From assembly GCA_051294905.1 (NCBI GenBank), contig CM119373.1, positions 1,738,001 to 1,802,000 of the forward strand: DNA of 64,000 bases. The letters are read 5' to 3'. The notes beneath the pieces are model-generated. The model was not told the DNA's origin, searched no databases, and saw nothing but the letters and a program-made list of their open reading frames with translations. Position numbers and translations under genes: made by a program. This document shows positions 41,187 to 55,190 of the stretch, in pieces (position 1 is the stretch's first letter; the number at the start of each line of letters is the position of its first letter). Source of the stretch: Botryllus schlosseri (Eukaryota).

Positions 41187-44100
41187 TACTGATCAATCAA
41201 ATATTCACGAACTATACTGTAAACAACTGTTGCAGTGAGGTTTTTGTGGCTGATCTTTCAGTTAGCAAAAAATGCAGTGAAAACATTGACACATGTTTGG
41301 TAATTCAACTCGACTTCCAAAAAGTGAAATCACTTTTTTCCAAAAGGTTAAACAAATTGAGCATCAGGTCAACACAGTGGTGTAGCCTATTCAGTCGATA
41401 TTATAGGGTCATCTCAATCAATCAACCATTATCGCTAAGCTAACGATTATAGAAGCGTACACGAACATATGATTTTCAGCATCTTTCCGAACCGTGTGAC
41501 TGACCCTACAGCACGCGCGATGATAACTACACCTCGATCGAAGCAGGGGCGTTCGGTCAGCTATATACCAGGTTATAAACTGGGAAGATAATAACTTCAG
41601 CGTCAGAAAACTGAGGCACTTCATCGATGGTAGGAAGACATCGCAAAGTGAATACCATAATCACCACCAATACATGTTCTCCATGAGGGGTTCTAGTTCA
41701 TTACATGACTGCCCCAATTTTAATCGAGCGATTAAAATGAGGTCTATTGAATCAATAGGTCAAGTCAACTCATGCAAAATCATCATCACAAACGATGGAA
41801 AACATAAGCGGGTGGAATCAAGGCTGTAGGCTCGTGTCGCTAGGACATGCTTGGCAATATGTGATGCAGGAGCGAACTGATGATAATCAGATGTTGGTAT
41901 TTCAGCATTTTGAAAACACGAATAGATTGCGATTTAATGAAAAAATAGAAAGGTACTGAAACGATATGAAGCAGTTATTAAAGCTGGACAGTCACCAATA
42001 GCTACCAATAGCCACAAGACGGTGTAAAGAAGCACCAACGTCATAATATGGCGCATTGCAATATGTACATTGTACGATAGACACTGAATATAAAGAAACA
42101 GAAGAGAAGGGAAGATAGCCTAATGAAGTGGCATGTTTCGGAATGATAGCTCAATATAACAAATTGAGACTTGAATGAGACTTGATGTCAGATTGCTCTC
42201 GAGGCTTTTAGCGAAGTCTTTCACAAACTCATCTCCACGGCGTATTTCATTATCGAATTATCGAATCAAGAGGCGAAGTCAATACTTGCATCTGTGGAAA
42301 AACACGAGTATATGAAATCAAAATAGGCTTGCGTCAGTAGGATGGAGATTGACGATATCAATGTGATCTTGAAAGGAACTTTCAGATATCACGTAAAACT
42401 ACGCCAAACTGAGAAAAGGCGATATACCCTTTGAGGAAGAAGATTTTTAACAGAATCCACAGAGAACAGATTACATCAGAAAATTTGGAGGCCCAGCCTT
42501 GGTCTCGCATTCGCCATCCCAATAATATATATTGATATAATCGAATATATCCATAGTATATGTCCATGCTGGAGAAGTCTTGTAATGAACTAGAATCCCT
42601 CATACCTCACTCGCAAACGAAATATCCGACACTTTTTGTCTTGGCAATTGGAAATGATGCATGCTTTATAGATAGGTGCTAAAGCGTACTGAATGTAATG
42701 AATGAATGAATGTTCACAACCCCACGTGTAAGGTACAATCAGCAAGATATGCGCCAGAGATTAACGTATCAGTTGTGCGATATATCTGGGTGAGGAGAAA
42801 AAAGCATAAAATGGGAGCACAGCTGATTTCCACGTGAAACATCATCAATTCTGACATGTTCACGGAGAACATGTATAGGCGGTGATCGTGGTGAACACTT
42901 TTTGATGCCTTCGTAGTATTGAAAAAGTGCTAGCTAATATCGTTAGGCTAACTTTACTCTACTAGGCCTAGTCAATTATCTAATTAAGGAACAATGTAAC
43001 GTTCCACAACAAGCCTGTATTCTCGTAGCAAGACAATGCAGATAAGAGAATAGAATTGTCATACAGGCGTCGCCATTTCTGCTTCTCTTTCATCAATCAA
43101 AACACCGTACAATCCTCAAGATTCCAAGGCGAGCAATAGGTCAGGTAGAGCAAAAATTACGGGTGATAATATAGGGGTAAGCCAATACATTTGAGAACTT
43201 TGATTCTCTTATGTACAAGGCAGCTTATAACAACTGACCTGCAGCTAAATAATCAGATACCATATTTTTCAAGAGAAAGAACTATTATATTGAACCGAGA
43301 AATTAGCAAATAATTGAGGCTATAATGCATATAGCTTTGGGATTACTGCTATAAAGGTATGATACGAACCATGAACCTGTTTTACGACGCACAGACTATC
43401 TTTCAGGCTTCACTACATTTCAATCAGTATCTCTCAGTTAAACTAGATCACTATCAACCTAACTGACAATTCAGTCACCTAAAAATACTGTCTGTACTTT
43501 TCTACCTGCACTGAAAGGGACTTCTTCCACGTCCCAGTGCAAAAGAGCCACGGTAGCGAGCGAGAGCGACTTGAGCTTCGAAAGACGGAAGTTCAAAGAA
43601 ATTGGCGGGCTTGATTGACTATAACTTTTCATGGCTGACTGAACTCGAAAAAATAAAATTCTAGAGGATCCGGACAGTTGGTTCTATCGTTATTCTACCG
43701 ATCGACGCTATAAAATTATATCACACACTCTGAGGAGTTGAGTACTCTAGCAAAGGAAATGTCAGTTCATTTCAGTGTGATAAACGGACAATTTTAAACA
43801 GTTCAAATCACATGGACAAAGTAAAGCTTGGTAGGAGTTTTAAAGTTCGATGTTAGAGCGACCAACAGGGATCGCATAATAGCTAGAAAACTTTACTACA
43901 TATGGCAACACCTTCTTATTCGATTAAATAAACCAAATAACATTGATGGAAAATAAGGTTGGTTCCTGTGTGGGTAATGTATAGGAAATCTGAGCTTCTC
44001 TATAGGTGGATTTCTCATGTTTCAAGATGATTTGATTACAAAAACTCAACAGGTAAAACTCTCCCGAGTTCAAATAGATATGTGCAATTAACATTAACGA

Positions 44101-44795
44101 GAAGATAGACTTATTGGAATCTACCTGGGATTGGTATGGTATAACCACGCATCTATATGGATGGAAATCCCGCTTGGGTTCAATGTGGTATACATGTTAC
44201 CAACCCATTTCGTTTTTCCACCCCACCTAACCACCTAAATTCCACTTCCATACCAAGTGGGTGTGCTAGCTGGGAAATTAGTAATCATAAAAACCGCATG
44301 AATGCATGCTTTAAAGCTGCCAAACACTGTAGACCTGCCGTCTCCGTGGATTCAATCGGACAGATTTACATGCCGATATCCTAATGGCGACAGCATTTTG
44401 AAAGAGGCAGAGATTGCCATCATTCCCGTCATCAGAATTCGACGTCGAAATCGGCCCCACACATTTGTTACTCAGAAGACCGAGTTTCAAATATTGCCAG
44501 GGAACTAGCTCGTAGGTAATTTTACAAATTTCTGTTGTGTTCTAGTGTATCCGATCAAATGAAATCTAGAACATTCTATTCGACTCGAGGATCAATTCTC
44601 GATTTGGAATCGCGTCTTCCGAGCCCTCGATGTCGCCCAGCCACCATTGCAATATTATTTTACTTGAAATGATGCCGAAGCAATCGTAGCAGAGTGATGT
44701 GATACTAATAGTATTTTACAGTTTAATGACAGGAATTTCAATTTCATTTTCGAAGGCTAATGAAAGTAATGTTATCCGATATTTGATCATTTTAG

Positions 44796-44957
44796 TTGCA
44801 AAGGCTCATTATCATCGACAATTCAATGAATGAAGATGGATATGAAATACTCGTTCACATTCTGAAGCGGTCAGATTGCAAGAAATTGGTGCTCCAAGAT
44901 TGTTGTCTCACCAAGTTGCAAGGAGTATTGATCGGATGTCGGGATCAAAATATCCAG
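44796..44957 (+). CDS. LRR exon copy 3 (6-bp in-frame deletion)
   Basis: ttttag|...|gtgcgt, 162 bp, LQRLIIIDNSMNEDGYEILVHILKRSDCKKLVLQDCCLTK--LQGVLIGCRDQNIQ. Confidence 0.75.
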
Positions 44958-46712
44958 GTGCGTCATCATGAACAATCCGTAATATCCAAGAAGAAAAGGC
45001 CGAAAGAGCCGAAAAGAGCCGAAAAGGCCGAAAGAGTGATAAAAATCGTTTTAGGGTTTGTTGGTGCGGTTTCATTCACCTGTTGTCATGGATTAGAATT
45101 TGGGAATTCTAGGAAAATTGTTGGTGGTAGAAATGCGAAAAATAATTTGCAGCTTGGGTATGGCGTCCCTGATCTACTATGAGGTAATATGCAGAAACGA
45201 GCCGATGTTGCATTTAGGATTTTGGGCCGAAAATTGGGCGCACTTTCATACTTTTACGTTGCCTATAAATTAGGGTGGATAGAGCTATGTCGATTAATGA
45301 TTGTCAACTTGGGAGGTCAAGAAATAACAGCATGCAACAAAGTGACTGATAAAAATTGGCCCACAGCATGATGCACCATTATGCAAAACTTGCCCTCAGT
45401 TTTTGAAGACACCCCTTGATCAACTCTACCGGTGAATGCGATCATGGGGGCTGAAAAAGAATTAATGTTTGATAGGAATATGTGAAACTATCAACAATAA
45501 TGACGAAATTCATTAGTGAATCTGAAAGTTTTGCGCACTTCGCGCGATCATAACCGTTCCCGTAACATGACCAATTGACCACTCGCGATTTCGGTGCCGG
45601 TGCGTGTAGTAAGCGAATATGAACTAATAGATAAGTCTGGAGCTCACCGGAAATGGAGATGAATCTCTTAACATCGGTATTTTGCATCCTGGTAGTTCAT
45701 CGCGACTATGCCATGGAATGTGGCTGCAGGCTACATGATTAATCGTAATGCAGCCGTGAATAGGAGAAGGGTTTGCAACCACTGATTCACCCCTTGGAAA
45801 TGAATTCCAGCTAAGCTTTTCATTCAAGAGAGCTTGATTCTCTTGCACTCAAAATTCAAATAATTCAATTTTTTTTTCATGGTGTTGAAGCATTTACAAT
45901 TTGCCAACGACGTCTAAACTAGTTGACAATACGCAACAGTATTTTAATAATCTGGAATATGTAGGCTATTGTGCTGCATCCGGAAAATTTCGCGAGCTTT
46001 ATCTTTCATTACGTGTCGCTATATATCTGGCCGCAAAACCATGTATTCCATGAAGCTCATTGTAAAATGACAGCATGTAACGAAGTTTATTTAAGCGCTG
46101 TTAACGAAACGACCGGCGGACGGTCATATTATCAGTATATATTATAGGATAATAGCCCACGTTAGAAATCTAACCACCAACGCCGACTGAGTAACGAAAA
46201 TCAATTTAGTGTTTGATGTTTGACTCAAATGCACTCGGGCTAATTTTCAAATTTTTGACTACCCTGCGGAACACGACGTCAATATGAGTATTCAATGTAT
46301 GTTCAAGTATGTCGTATTTGACGAGGTGAAATTGTACTATTGGCCGGAATAGCAGATTGAGATTCCGCAAATATAGTGAACTTATGATTTACTACTTATT
46401 TTACCAATTTACGCGTGGCACCAATGAAAACCACATTCACAAATATTTGACTAAAATTGTCGTTGTACTAGGCAGGGAGCACGCTTCATTTGTCGCAATT
46501 ATGAGAAATAGGCACCATGGCCGAATCTAGGTTTGGGGTCCCATATTGATAAGTGTAGGCCAGGGGTAGGCAAACCCCGGCACGCGTGCCATTTGTGCCA
46601 CGCGAAATGATTTTTCATGGCATGCCAAATGATTTCACGCAAATGACATATTCATACCATGTTTTTGCAAAAAGTGAAACAGAAGTTTTCAAAACGTGAA
46701 ATGCTCGTAGGC

Positions 46713-48285
46713 CAGTGGTTCCCAACCTTTTTCATCTCGTGCCTCCCTTGGCCGAAATTTGAGCCAAAATTCCCCCCTTAGGAGAAATCTGCCTGATGAT
46801 TAAAAAAGGTCGTTTTTTACCGCGCAATCACCTGTTGACCGAAGAATAAGACCGGAGGTACGGAGTGTCTGTTTCTTGTAGGGCTGTAACAACACTTTGT
46901 AGACCTCCAAGAACAATGGTCTTGGTCCCAATCAAACAGATTCTGGAAGGCTTGACTCAACAGACCCCCATACTTCCATTTGTGTTTTCGGCCTATTTTG
47001 CACCAATCGCTAATATAACTGCTGTGAAAAATCAGTATGCATAAATTTGCTGGTCTCGCAATTTTTTTCTGAAGTGTGCGTATGCATTTGGCCAATAATA
47101 TTGGTATTTTCATATATAGCAGGATTGGCGACACTCGAGTCGGACTCGAGTCAGCATTTTCTGATGGCTCGACTTGACTCGAGTCATTTTCTCAAAATAG
47201 GGAAACGACTCGACTCGACTAGAGACAATCTGCGTATTGACTCGACTTGGAGTCATTCTACATGATTCGAACCAAGCCATATGACTCGTGACTATAGGAG
47301 GGCCAAGACCGACATTTCAATGTAATTTCGAAGAACAGTAAAATGGCCTTCCTATTGGAATTTCGTCTATTGGTCCTGGTACTTGAAAATGCGACAATAA
47401 ACTGCGCAAAGTGAGGAAAACTGTATGTTATAAATCAAAATCATTCAATATCACCAAGCAGAGTTATAAAAAGTGAATTTAACAAGACTTTAACTGAAAA
47501 CTGAGCAGTCAACACTCGAGTCATAATACCATATAACTCGGACTCGACCCTATGCTCGGTGATTTGGACCGTCGGACTTGACTCAATGGTGAATTGAAAA
47601 TGAATCGACTTGACTCGAGTCAAAACTATGAAAGTGAAATTGACTTGTGGCTCGGAGCCTCGTGACTTGGGTACAGCCCTGATATATACCCTGATATATC
47701 ACATACACGTGATCAGATTTCCTGCTTGTGCTCATTGAAATTTAGGACACTCATTCGGTTTCGGCAACATTGCACCAAGTTTAACATGCATTTTTTCGAT
47801 AGAGTAGCTGTTCACTAAAAATAAAGCAAGGCTAGCGATCTCTTTGACTTGAATTGATGACGTTGGAATATTCTGTCACTTTATGAAAATGTTGACATGA
47901 AAATATAAGATAAATACTTTCGTTAGAGGCCTTGAAGTGATAGATTCGGCACGACATTTGCTCGCTTAGAATTTATTTGATTGAGAGGCCGTTGCTGGCC
48001 TACAAAATTGTCTTGCGAACTGCAGCACATCTGAGCTAGTTCAAAAAAAAATCAAGGGCGAACTTGTATGGGAGAAAGAGATTTCAAATAGCATTCGAAC
48101 ATACTTTCAGCAACAAAAAAAAAAACAGCTATAAGGAGCATACGCTCTGATATAACTGGTTGCCAACATGACAGTTCGGACATGAACATTTTGGGAAATC
48201 CGTTACAATTCTAAAGTGGAATTCCTCCCTAAATATTGCAAAATTCCCCCCAAGGGGGGAATTCCTCCCCGGTTGGGAACCACTG
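46713..48285. mobile_element. hAT-Charlie-type element inserted in another hAT end (starting 46561)
   Basis: TIR CAGTGGTTCCCAACC/GGTTGGGAACCACTG, TSD TCGTAGGC; empty site at ~62694 in the sister duplicate. Confidence 0.9.
47120..47681. mobile_element. hAT-type GACTCGAGTC MITE, nested
   Basis: Homologous to 3770-4304; ends CAGGATTG/CAGCCCTG, TSD atatatag/atatatac. Confidence 0.8.
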
Positions 48286-48299
48286 TCGTAGGCGATCCA

Positions 48300-48600
48300 A
48301 AATTATTATTATTATTATTTCACATTTTACAGTGGTGCTTCTCGCCTTTTTCAGGCTATGTGCACCACGACACGAATATTTGTAATGTTCATAAGTCTTT
48401 GTCTTTGTGGCAATCTTGGGGACGACTTCTTCATTCTTTCGCACATCCAGACGTCAGTCTCTCTCGCACTCATGCGTCCCCGTCGAGGTCTTTGCTGCCG
48501 ACTTCTAGGACGGCTCACTTTCAATCTGGGCTTTTCAATGCACTGCAACTGCGGTGAGGTCGGCAATGGGTAGCCCAGAGAAACCTCCGACACATAGAGC
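48300..48600 (-). mobile_element. Retroposon 3' fragment with (TAA)n tail (duplicate at ~62710-63010)
   Basis: (att)n run next to the conserved 3' motif. Confidence 0.55.
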
Positions 48601-51499
48601 CTGATGTGTTAATTATGCTGTGGGAACCCCCACTAAATAGATAAATATATATGTTGTATTTATAAAATGTTTTAAAAATCTATGCATAGTGTACAAAAAT
48701 GAGTCAACCGTATTAGCAGTTGTGAAAGAACATCAACCGAACATCGTTTGAAAACGTTTGGATTCTTTAGTCTAGGAGTGTTATTCACTGTGTAGCCTGC
48801 GGGAGTGCAACTACTGAACCGGCATTACGACGCTGGGCATCTTCACGCTATATAATACATGACCTAGATATAGAGTTTCGGACAATATCCGACCATGCGA
48901 CTAACAGGCGGTCTATGCGTTGCCAAAGTGATTGGCGGCGATAAAACCTTGAAACAAAATAGCCGCTGCATCATGGACAAAACGTTAGACATTGATATGT
49001 CCACTGGCAAGGCGCCGAAGTGACCAGCGCCGAATGACCAGCGCCCGCACCCGCAGCTTGAACCGCACGTATCAAATGAGATCTGCCAAGGAAAATAATC
49101 AGCCCCGTGTCGTACCTCGCCTCAGAAACCATATAGCATAGAATCATTCACCTGTTAATCTACCGTTTACCAATACTCGTTAGACGCAATTGGAATACCA
49201 CAGGCAATTAGTACTTTGCAACACAGATTACTTTGGATATGTTTAAAATTGTTAACGACGCGACAGCGTAGATATTATCAATATATGAATATTCATGACA
49301 GTAATCTAGCCGACGAGGCCGAAAGAGTGATAAAAATAGTTTTAGTGTTTGATGATGCGGTACCATGCACCTGTTGTCAAAGCGTGGAATTTTGGAATCC
49401 TAGAATGATTGTTGCTGGTGTTAATGCTGAAAATAATTTGCAAGTTTGTTATGGCATCTCTGATCTACTGTAAGGTAGTCGCCAGAAAAGGAACAATGTT
49501 AAATTTAGGATTTGGGCCGAAAATTAGGCACACTTTCGTACTTTTAGGTTGCTTATAAATTATGGTGGAGAGAGATATGCCGATCAATGATTGTCTAATT
49601 GGAAGGTCAAGAATTAACAGCATGCAACAAAGTGACTAAAAACTATTAGCCCAGAGCAAGATGCATCATTGAGTATAAAACTTGCCCTCAGTTTTCTAAG
49701 ATACTTCTTGTTCAACTCTTCCAAGGGTATTCGAATATTGCATGCGTTTAGTATTTTGAAACACAGAGGACCTTTTATATTTTCAAAATTGTTCACGGCG
49801 CGACAACGTAGATATTATCAATATAGGAATATTGAGGACAGAAATCTAGCCGACGCGGCTGAAAGAGTGAGGCAAATTGTTTCAGTGTTTGATGATACGG
49901 TTCCATGCACCTGTTGTCATGGCTTGGAATTCGGGAATTCCAGAAACATTGTGGCTGGTGGAAATGCAGAAAGTAATGTGCAGGTTTGGTATGACGAAAT
50001 TCATTAGTGAATCTGAACACCTTCTTGGAGGTACATAACTTCAATATATAATTGAATAGTATATTCATATTGCAATGAACCCGAATATTTTCGGCTGACA
50101 CTCGTCAGGGTTGATCGTCAGCAACTAGTAGAGAATTCAAAAGAACAGCGTATATCAACACTCGTAACACAAAATATGACGTCACCAGCAGCATTAGTGA
50201 ATCTGGAAGTTTTTCGTTCCCATAACGTGACCACTCGCAATTTGGGTGCGTGTAGTAAGCGGATATGAAATAATATAGATAAGTCCGGAGCTCATCGGAA
50301 ATGGACATGGATCTCTCAATATTGGTAGTTGGCGTCCAGCTAGTTCATCGCGACTAAGCTCTGGAATGCTGCCGTAGGCTACATGATTAATCGATATGCA
50401 GCCGTGAATAGTAAAAAGGTTGGCGACCCCTTGGAAATGAATTCCAGCTAAGCTTTTCATTTAAGAGAGCTCGTTTCTCATGCACTTGAAATTAAAATCA
50501 TTCAAACTTTTTTTTATAATGGTGTCGAAGCATACACACTTATACAATCTTCCAGCGATTTCAATACCAATTGACAATATATACCAGTATTTTAATAATC
50601 TGTAATATGTATTGTGCTGCATCCGGAATATTTCGCGATCGGTATTTTTCGTTACATGTCGCTACATCTCTAATCGCAAAACCATGTATTCCAAGGCGCC
50701 CATTGTAAAATGCCAACATGTAACAAGGTTTTTGTTATCGCTGGTAACGAAACGACCGGCGAACGGTCATATTATCAATATCTATTATAGGATAATAACT
50801 CATGGTATAAATCTAGCCGACTGAGTGAAGAAAATCGATTTAGTGTTTGATGCTTGACTCATATGTACTCGGGATCCAATTTCCTAGTTTTTGATCACCC
50901 CGCTGGCCACAGCGTCAATATGGGTATGCAATGTATTTTGAAGTATGTCGTATTTGACGAGGTGAAATTGTTCGATTGAAGGTTAACCGAAATAGCAGAC
51001 TGAGATTCCACAAATATCGTGACATTGTGATTTACTATTTTTTAGCAATTTATGCGTTGCACGAATAAAAACCACATTCATAAATATTTGACTAGAACTG
51101 TCATTGTACTTGACAGGGAGTACGCATCATTTGTCAAAATTATGAGAAATAGGCAACATAGCCGAATCTAGTTTTAAGATATCATATTGATAAGTATAGG
51201 CTATTGATTACGTCATTGCCCAAGTCAAAATAAAACAGCGTTGGATTTAACTTCACTGGTGTTACAGCGGTGGAGCGTAGCACTACGGTATTCACCCTCT
51301 TAAATCGGCGATAAAGATATGGATAAAGGGGTCAAAGATGAAACTGACTACACATTCAGGGTGCAATAGAATGCTCACTGTTGTTATAATAACTTGCGTC
51401 GATAGCGAAATACCGTGTCACGAGCTCAATTCCAATCAGTCGAAGCGGAGTTATTGCCGTCGCAAAATTTTGGATTTGAATAAAATAGTATTTACGATT

Positions 51500-52720
51500 A
51501 CCAGAGAACCCGTCCCTTGGGGAACCCGTCCCTACCAACTCGGCCCTCGGAGAACCCGGCCCTTGGAGAACCCGGCCCTCGGGAAATTTTGCATATCAAG
51601 CACGCGTGGTCTACTTGTTGTCGTATTTACGGTGTTTTTCGACTACTCTGGACCTCGGAGAATGCGGCCCGCGAATAATTTTGTATCAAAAATGCATTAA
51701 ATGTGAAGCCGGCCCTCGGGAAATATTGTATTCACCGGCAACCCTAATATCCCACCTCCACCAACCCTAATATCCCACCCCCGGCAACCCTAATATCCCA
51801 CCCCCGGCAACCCTAATATCCTAACCCTAACCCTAATATCCTCCCCCAACCCAAATATCCCCCTCCCCCAACCCTAATATCCCCCTACCCCAACCCTAAT
51901 ATCCCACCTCCGGCAACCCTAATATCCCACCTCCACCAACCCTAATATTCCACCCCCGGCAACCCTAATATCCTAACCCTAACCCTAATATCCTCCCCCT
52001 ACCCTAATATCCCCCTCCCCCAACCCTAATATCCCACCTCCGGCAACCCTAATATCCCACCCCCGGCAACCCTAATATCCCCCTCCCCCAACCCTAATAT
52101 CCCACCTCCGGCAACCCTAATATCCCACCCCCGGCAACCCTAATATCCCACCCCCGGCAACCCTAATATCCTCCCCCTACCCTAATATCCCCCTCCCCCA
52201 ACCCTAATATCCCACCTCCGGCAACCCTAATATCCCACCCCCACCAACCCTAATATCCCACCCCCGGCAACCCTAATATCCCACCCCCGGCAACCCTAAT
52301 ATCCCACCCCGGCAACCCTAATATCCCATCCCCGGCAACCCTAATATCCCACCCCCGGCAACCCTAATATCCCACGCATGCCCTGACCTCCTTACAAGAC
52401 CGACAAATCAGTTGATAATAACATTATTACTTTATTAATTCATATTAATACTTGTGAATACACTTAATTTCTAAATTTCCCGAGGAATATTACTTTTCAT
52501 TCAGTGTGCATGCCTCTTATTTACTTCGCCTACGCTAAGGTGGGTGTCTGATCTTAATGGCTACTCCAAGTTTTTTCGACACCCTCCTATCTTTTCATTG
52601 TATCGCAGTCTTGTGATGTTTTGAAACGATGAAAATATTATTAAACCTGACTGACTGACTTCACCGAGGGCCGGGTTCTCCAAGGGCCGGGTTCTCCAAG
52701 GGACGGGTTCTCCGTAAATA
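51500..52720. mobile_element. Foldback-like element with tandem ~16-bp subterminal inverted repeats and an internal telomere-like minisatellite
   Basis: Left (ggagaacccg(t/g)ccct)x4, right (agggccgggttctcc)x3; inserted in a MITE whose empty version is at ~16770. Confidence 0.75.
51737..52375 (+). repeat. Minisatellite, ~21-bp unit GGCAACCCTAATATCCCACCCCC (about 30 copies)
   Basis: Directly visible; contains a CCCTAA telomere-like core. Confidence 0.95.
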
Positions 52721-54645
52721 CGGTTGCCGATTCTTTAATCATTTATTACAATTGTGCCCACCGTAAATACTATTTTATGCAAATCCAAATTTGTCGACAT
52801 CAATCACTACGCTACGGCTGGTTTGAATGGAGCCAAATTTGGTGGACATCGTTTCTATCGACAACCTTACAATTTCATGGGTGAACAGAAAATTTTGAAT
52901 TTTTTTTTATTAATTCTTATATAATAAATAAAAAAACTTTCTTCTCCTGTAGCAATGCGGCCACTGGTTGGAATTGAACCAAATTTGGTGTGTAGGCTTC
53001 AATTCGGTAATCTAACAATTTTATCAAGTAGCCAGTAGAATTTGAAAGAAAAAGTCATTTTTGAACACCCCTACTGTACAGTGTACAGACATTTGCTATT
53101 CCCATGCGCATAAGATGAACTATGATTTGATATTAACGGGTGTGAGTATACACCATGGCACAAGAGACCTGAACGTACCTCATACTTATACCGCGGTATA
53201 AATCGAGTGCAATATTTTAATCCAAATTTTGCATGCACGTAGGATATATGACCTCGATCTCATTATGACTCAGGTTTTGTTTTCATGTACCACCCTTTTC
53301 GGCCCCTTAGGTGCAAATACACACTATTTTCGCTAAAAGTGCACTCGAATAAAATATGCATGTTACGCATAAAACGCGTAGTATATTATGCCCATTAGAA
53401 ATCGGTGTCTACTCTACAAGTTGTAAACCCAAATGTACGAACGGGCAGTGCATTCATCGATTCGATATCTCTAAAATTCCATTGTGAGTCAACAAACCTG
53501 ACTAAAATACGAGGTCACTGCAAATTGGTCGATTGTCGCTTCATTGCGAAACATTCATTATTTTCAATGAAACATTCTTTCTTTGACGATATAATCAGTG
53601 TTTTTCCAAATCGTAACGACCGTAAAAGCATTTCAGCACTATTACACGCAGCATTTTTCATTTCATCGCCGATATCCACTAATTGCATATTAATATGAAA
53701 TTCGCTAAAATATTCATTTATGCGAATGAGACTCTAGAGTTAGTGATCATTATGCAAAGGTGAATTGCAGAATATGGTCGGAAGTTTCATCGCCCTTATT
53801 CTTGAATAGGCAACACAACTGTGAGAAGTCCATCCGTCTGAAGTATAATTATGCGGTCGTTTTCACAATAAAATATTTTAAATTGATAATAATACAAACA
53901 TCAAGTCAAGTGTTTAGATGTGCAAATCTGAATTTATTAGCTATGAAAATTCTGTAACCGAAAATATATAAAAAGGAACGATATTTATCATGTTCCCAGC
54001 TATATTCGGATGAACTCTCGCAACTTTCGTATCTGATATCTTAAATTGGCTCATTAAACAAACGCTCTGTACGAATTCACATTCATATGACGATAATCAA
54101 CATATGCGACTCGTAGCTTACATTGTCGTAAACTTGCTTACCTCAACCTTACCTCTTGTATATAATTTAAATCAAACGAATATCGTTCATACGTTTATAA
54201 TTGTATATCGTTGATAAGTAGGTGGGTAGGGTATTGAACTATATCAATTTTAAACATTCTGAGGTTTCGTATGTTGTCCTCTATTTGGCTGATATTTAAA
54301 GACTGGCTACATCGCCATACTTGCGTAGTTGAGCAGTTCTGCGTATGCGTGAGCGATACAGCGCCTCTTCATTCCATTACTCCTCGCCACTTAATCCGCG
54401 TAAGCCGTGACTTGCGCAAAGTCTAGAAGTGGGCCGTGCTATAAGTCGGCAGTTGACGAATAAATATGAAGAATATTGGCCTGGTGTGAATGGCCGTAGT
54501 AGTTGACAAACACCATGAATATCTCAAAACAAACAAACAAACTATTTATTCGTTCGTCGATTCCGAATAAATGGGTACTTCATCTGTATTTAAAACAGTT
54601 AGCAAAATGTAATGACTTTGAATCATGTCCAGTACGTTGAAATTT

Positions 54646-55190
54646 CAACTTGACTTGACTAGTGACTTGACTAGTGACTTGACTCGTGACTTGACTTGAC
54701 TTGACTTGACTTGACTTGACTTGACTTGACTTGACTTGACTTGACTTGACTTGACTTGACTTGACTTGACTTGACTTGACTTGACTTGACTTGACTTGAC
54801 TTGACTTGACTTGACTTGACTTGACTTGACTTGACTTGACTTGACTTGACTTGACTTGACTTGACTTGACTTGACTTGACTTGACTTGACTTGACTTGAC
54901 TTGACTTGACTTGACTTGACTTGACTTGACTTGACTTGACTTGACTTGACTTGACTTGACTTGACTTGACTTGACTTGACTTGACTTGACTTGACTTGAC
55001 TTGACTTGACTTGACTTGACTTGACTTGACTTGACTTGACTTGACTTGACTTGACTTGACTTGACTTGACTTGACTTGACTTGACTTGACTTGACTTGAC
55101 TTGACTTGACTTGACTTGACTTGACTTGACTTGACTTGACTTGACTTGACTTGACTTGACTTGACTTGACTTGACTTGACTTGACTTGAC
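54646..55190 (+). repeat. (TTGAC)n pentanucleotide microsatellite, ~100 units
   Basis: Directly visible; adjoins a GACTCGAGTC-MITE remnant. Confidence 0.98.

Larger units (their letters stand above)
35690..44274 (-). mobile_element. Full-length CMC-EnSpm (CACTA-superfamily, CCCAG-ended) DNA transposon, 8585 bp
   Basis: Termini CCCAGGTAGCAC / GTGCTAGCTGGG form an imperfect TIR; 2-bp TSD AA; empty site 'ctagtaaattagt' present in paralogous units (~13631, ~24970); contains a transposase and an accessory gene. Confidence 0.93.

Noticed and set aside
39297..41192. Overlapping + strand and alternative-frame ORFs within the transposase
   Set aside because: They are shadow ORFs with no recognisable motifs.
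51737..52375. True or interstitial telomere
   Set aside because: The unit is ~21 bp with a single CCCTAA and lies inside an inverted-repeat element.
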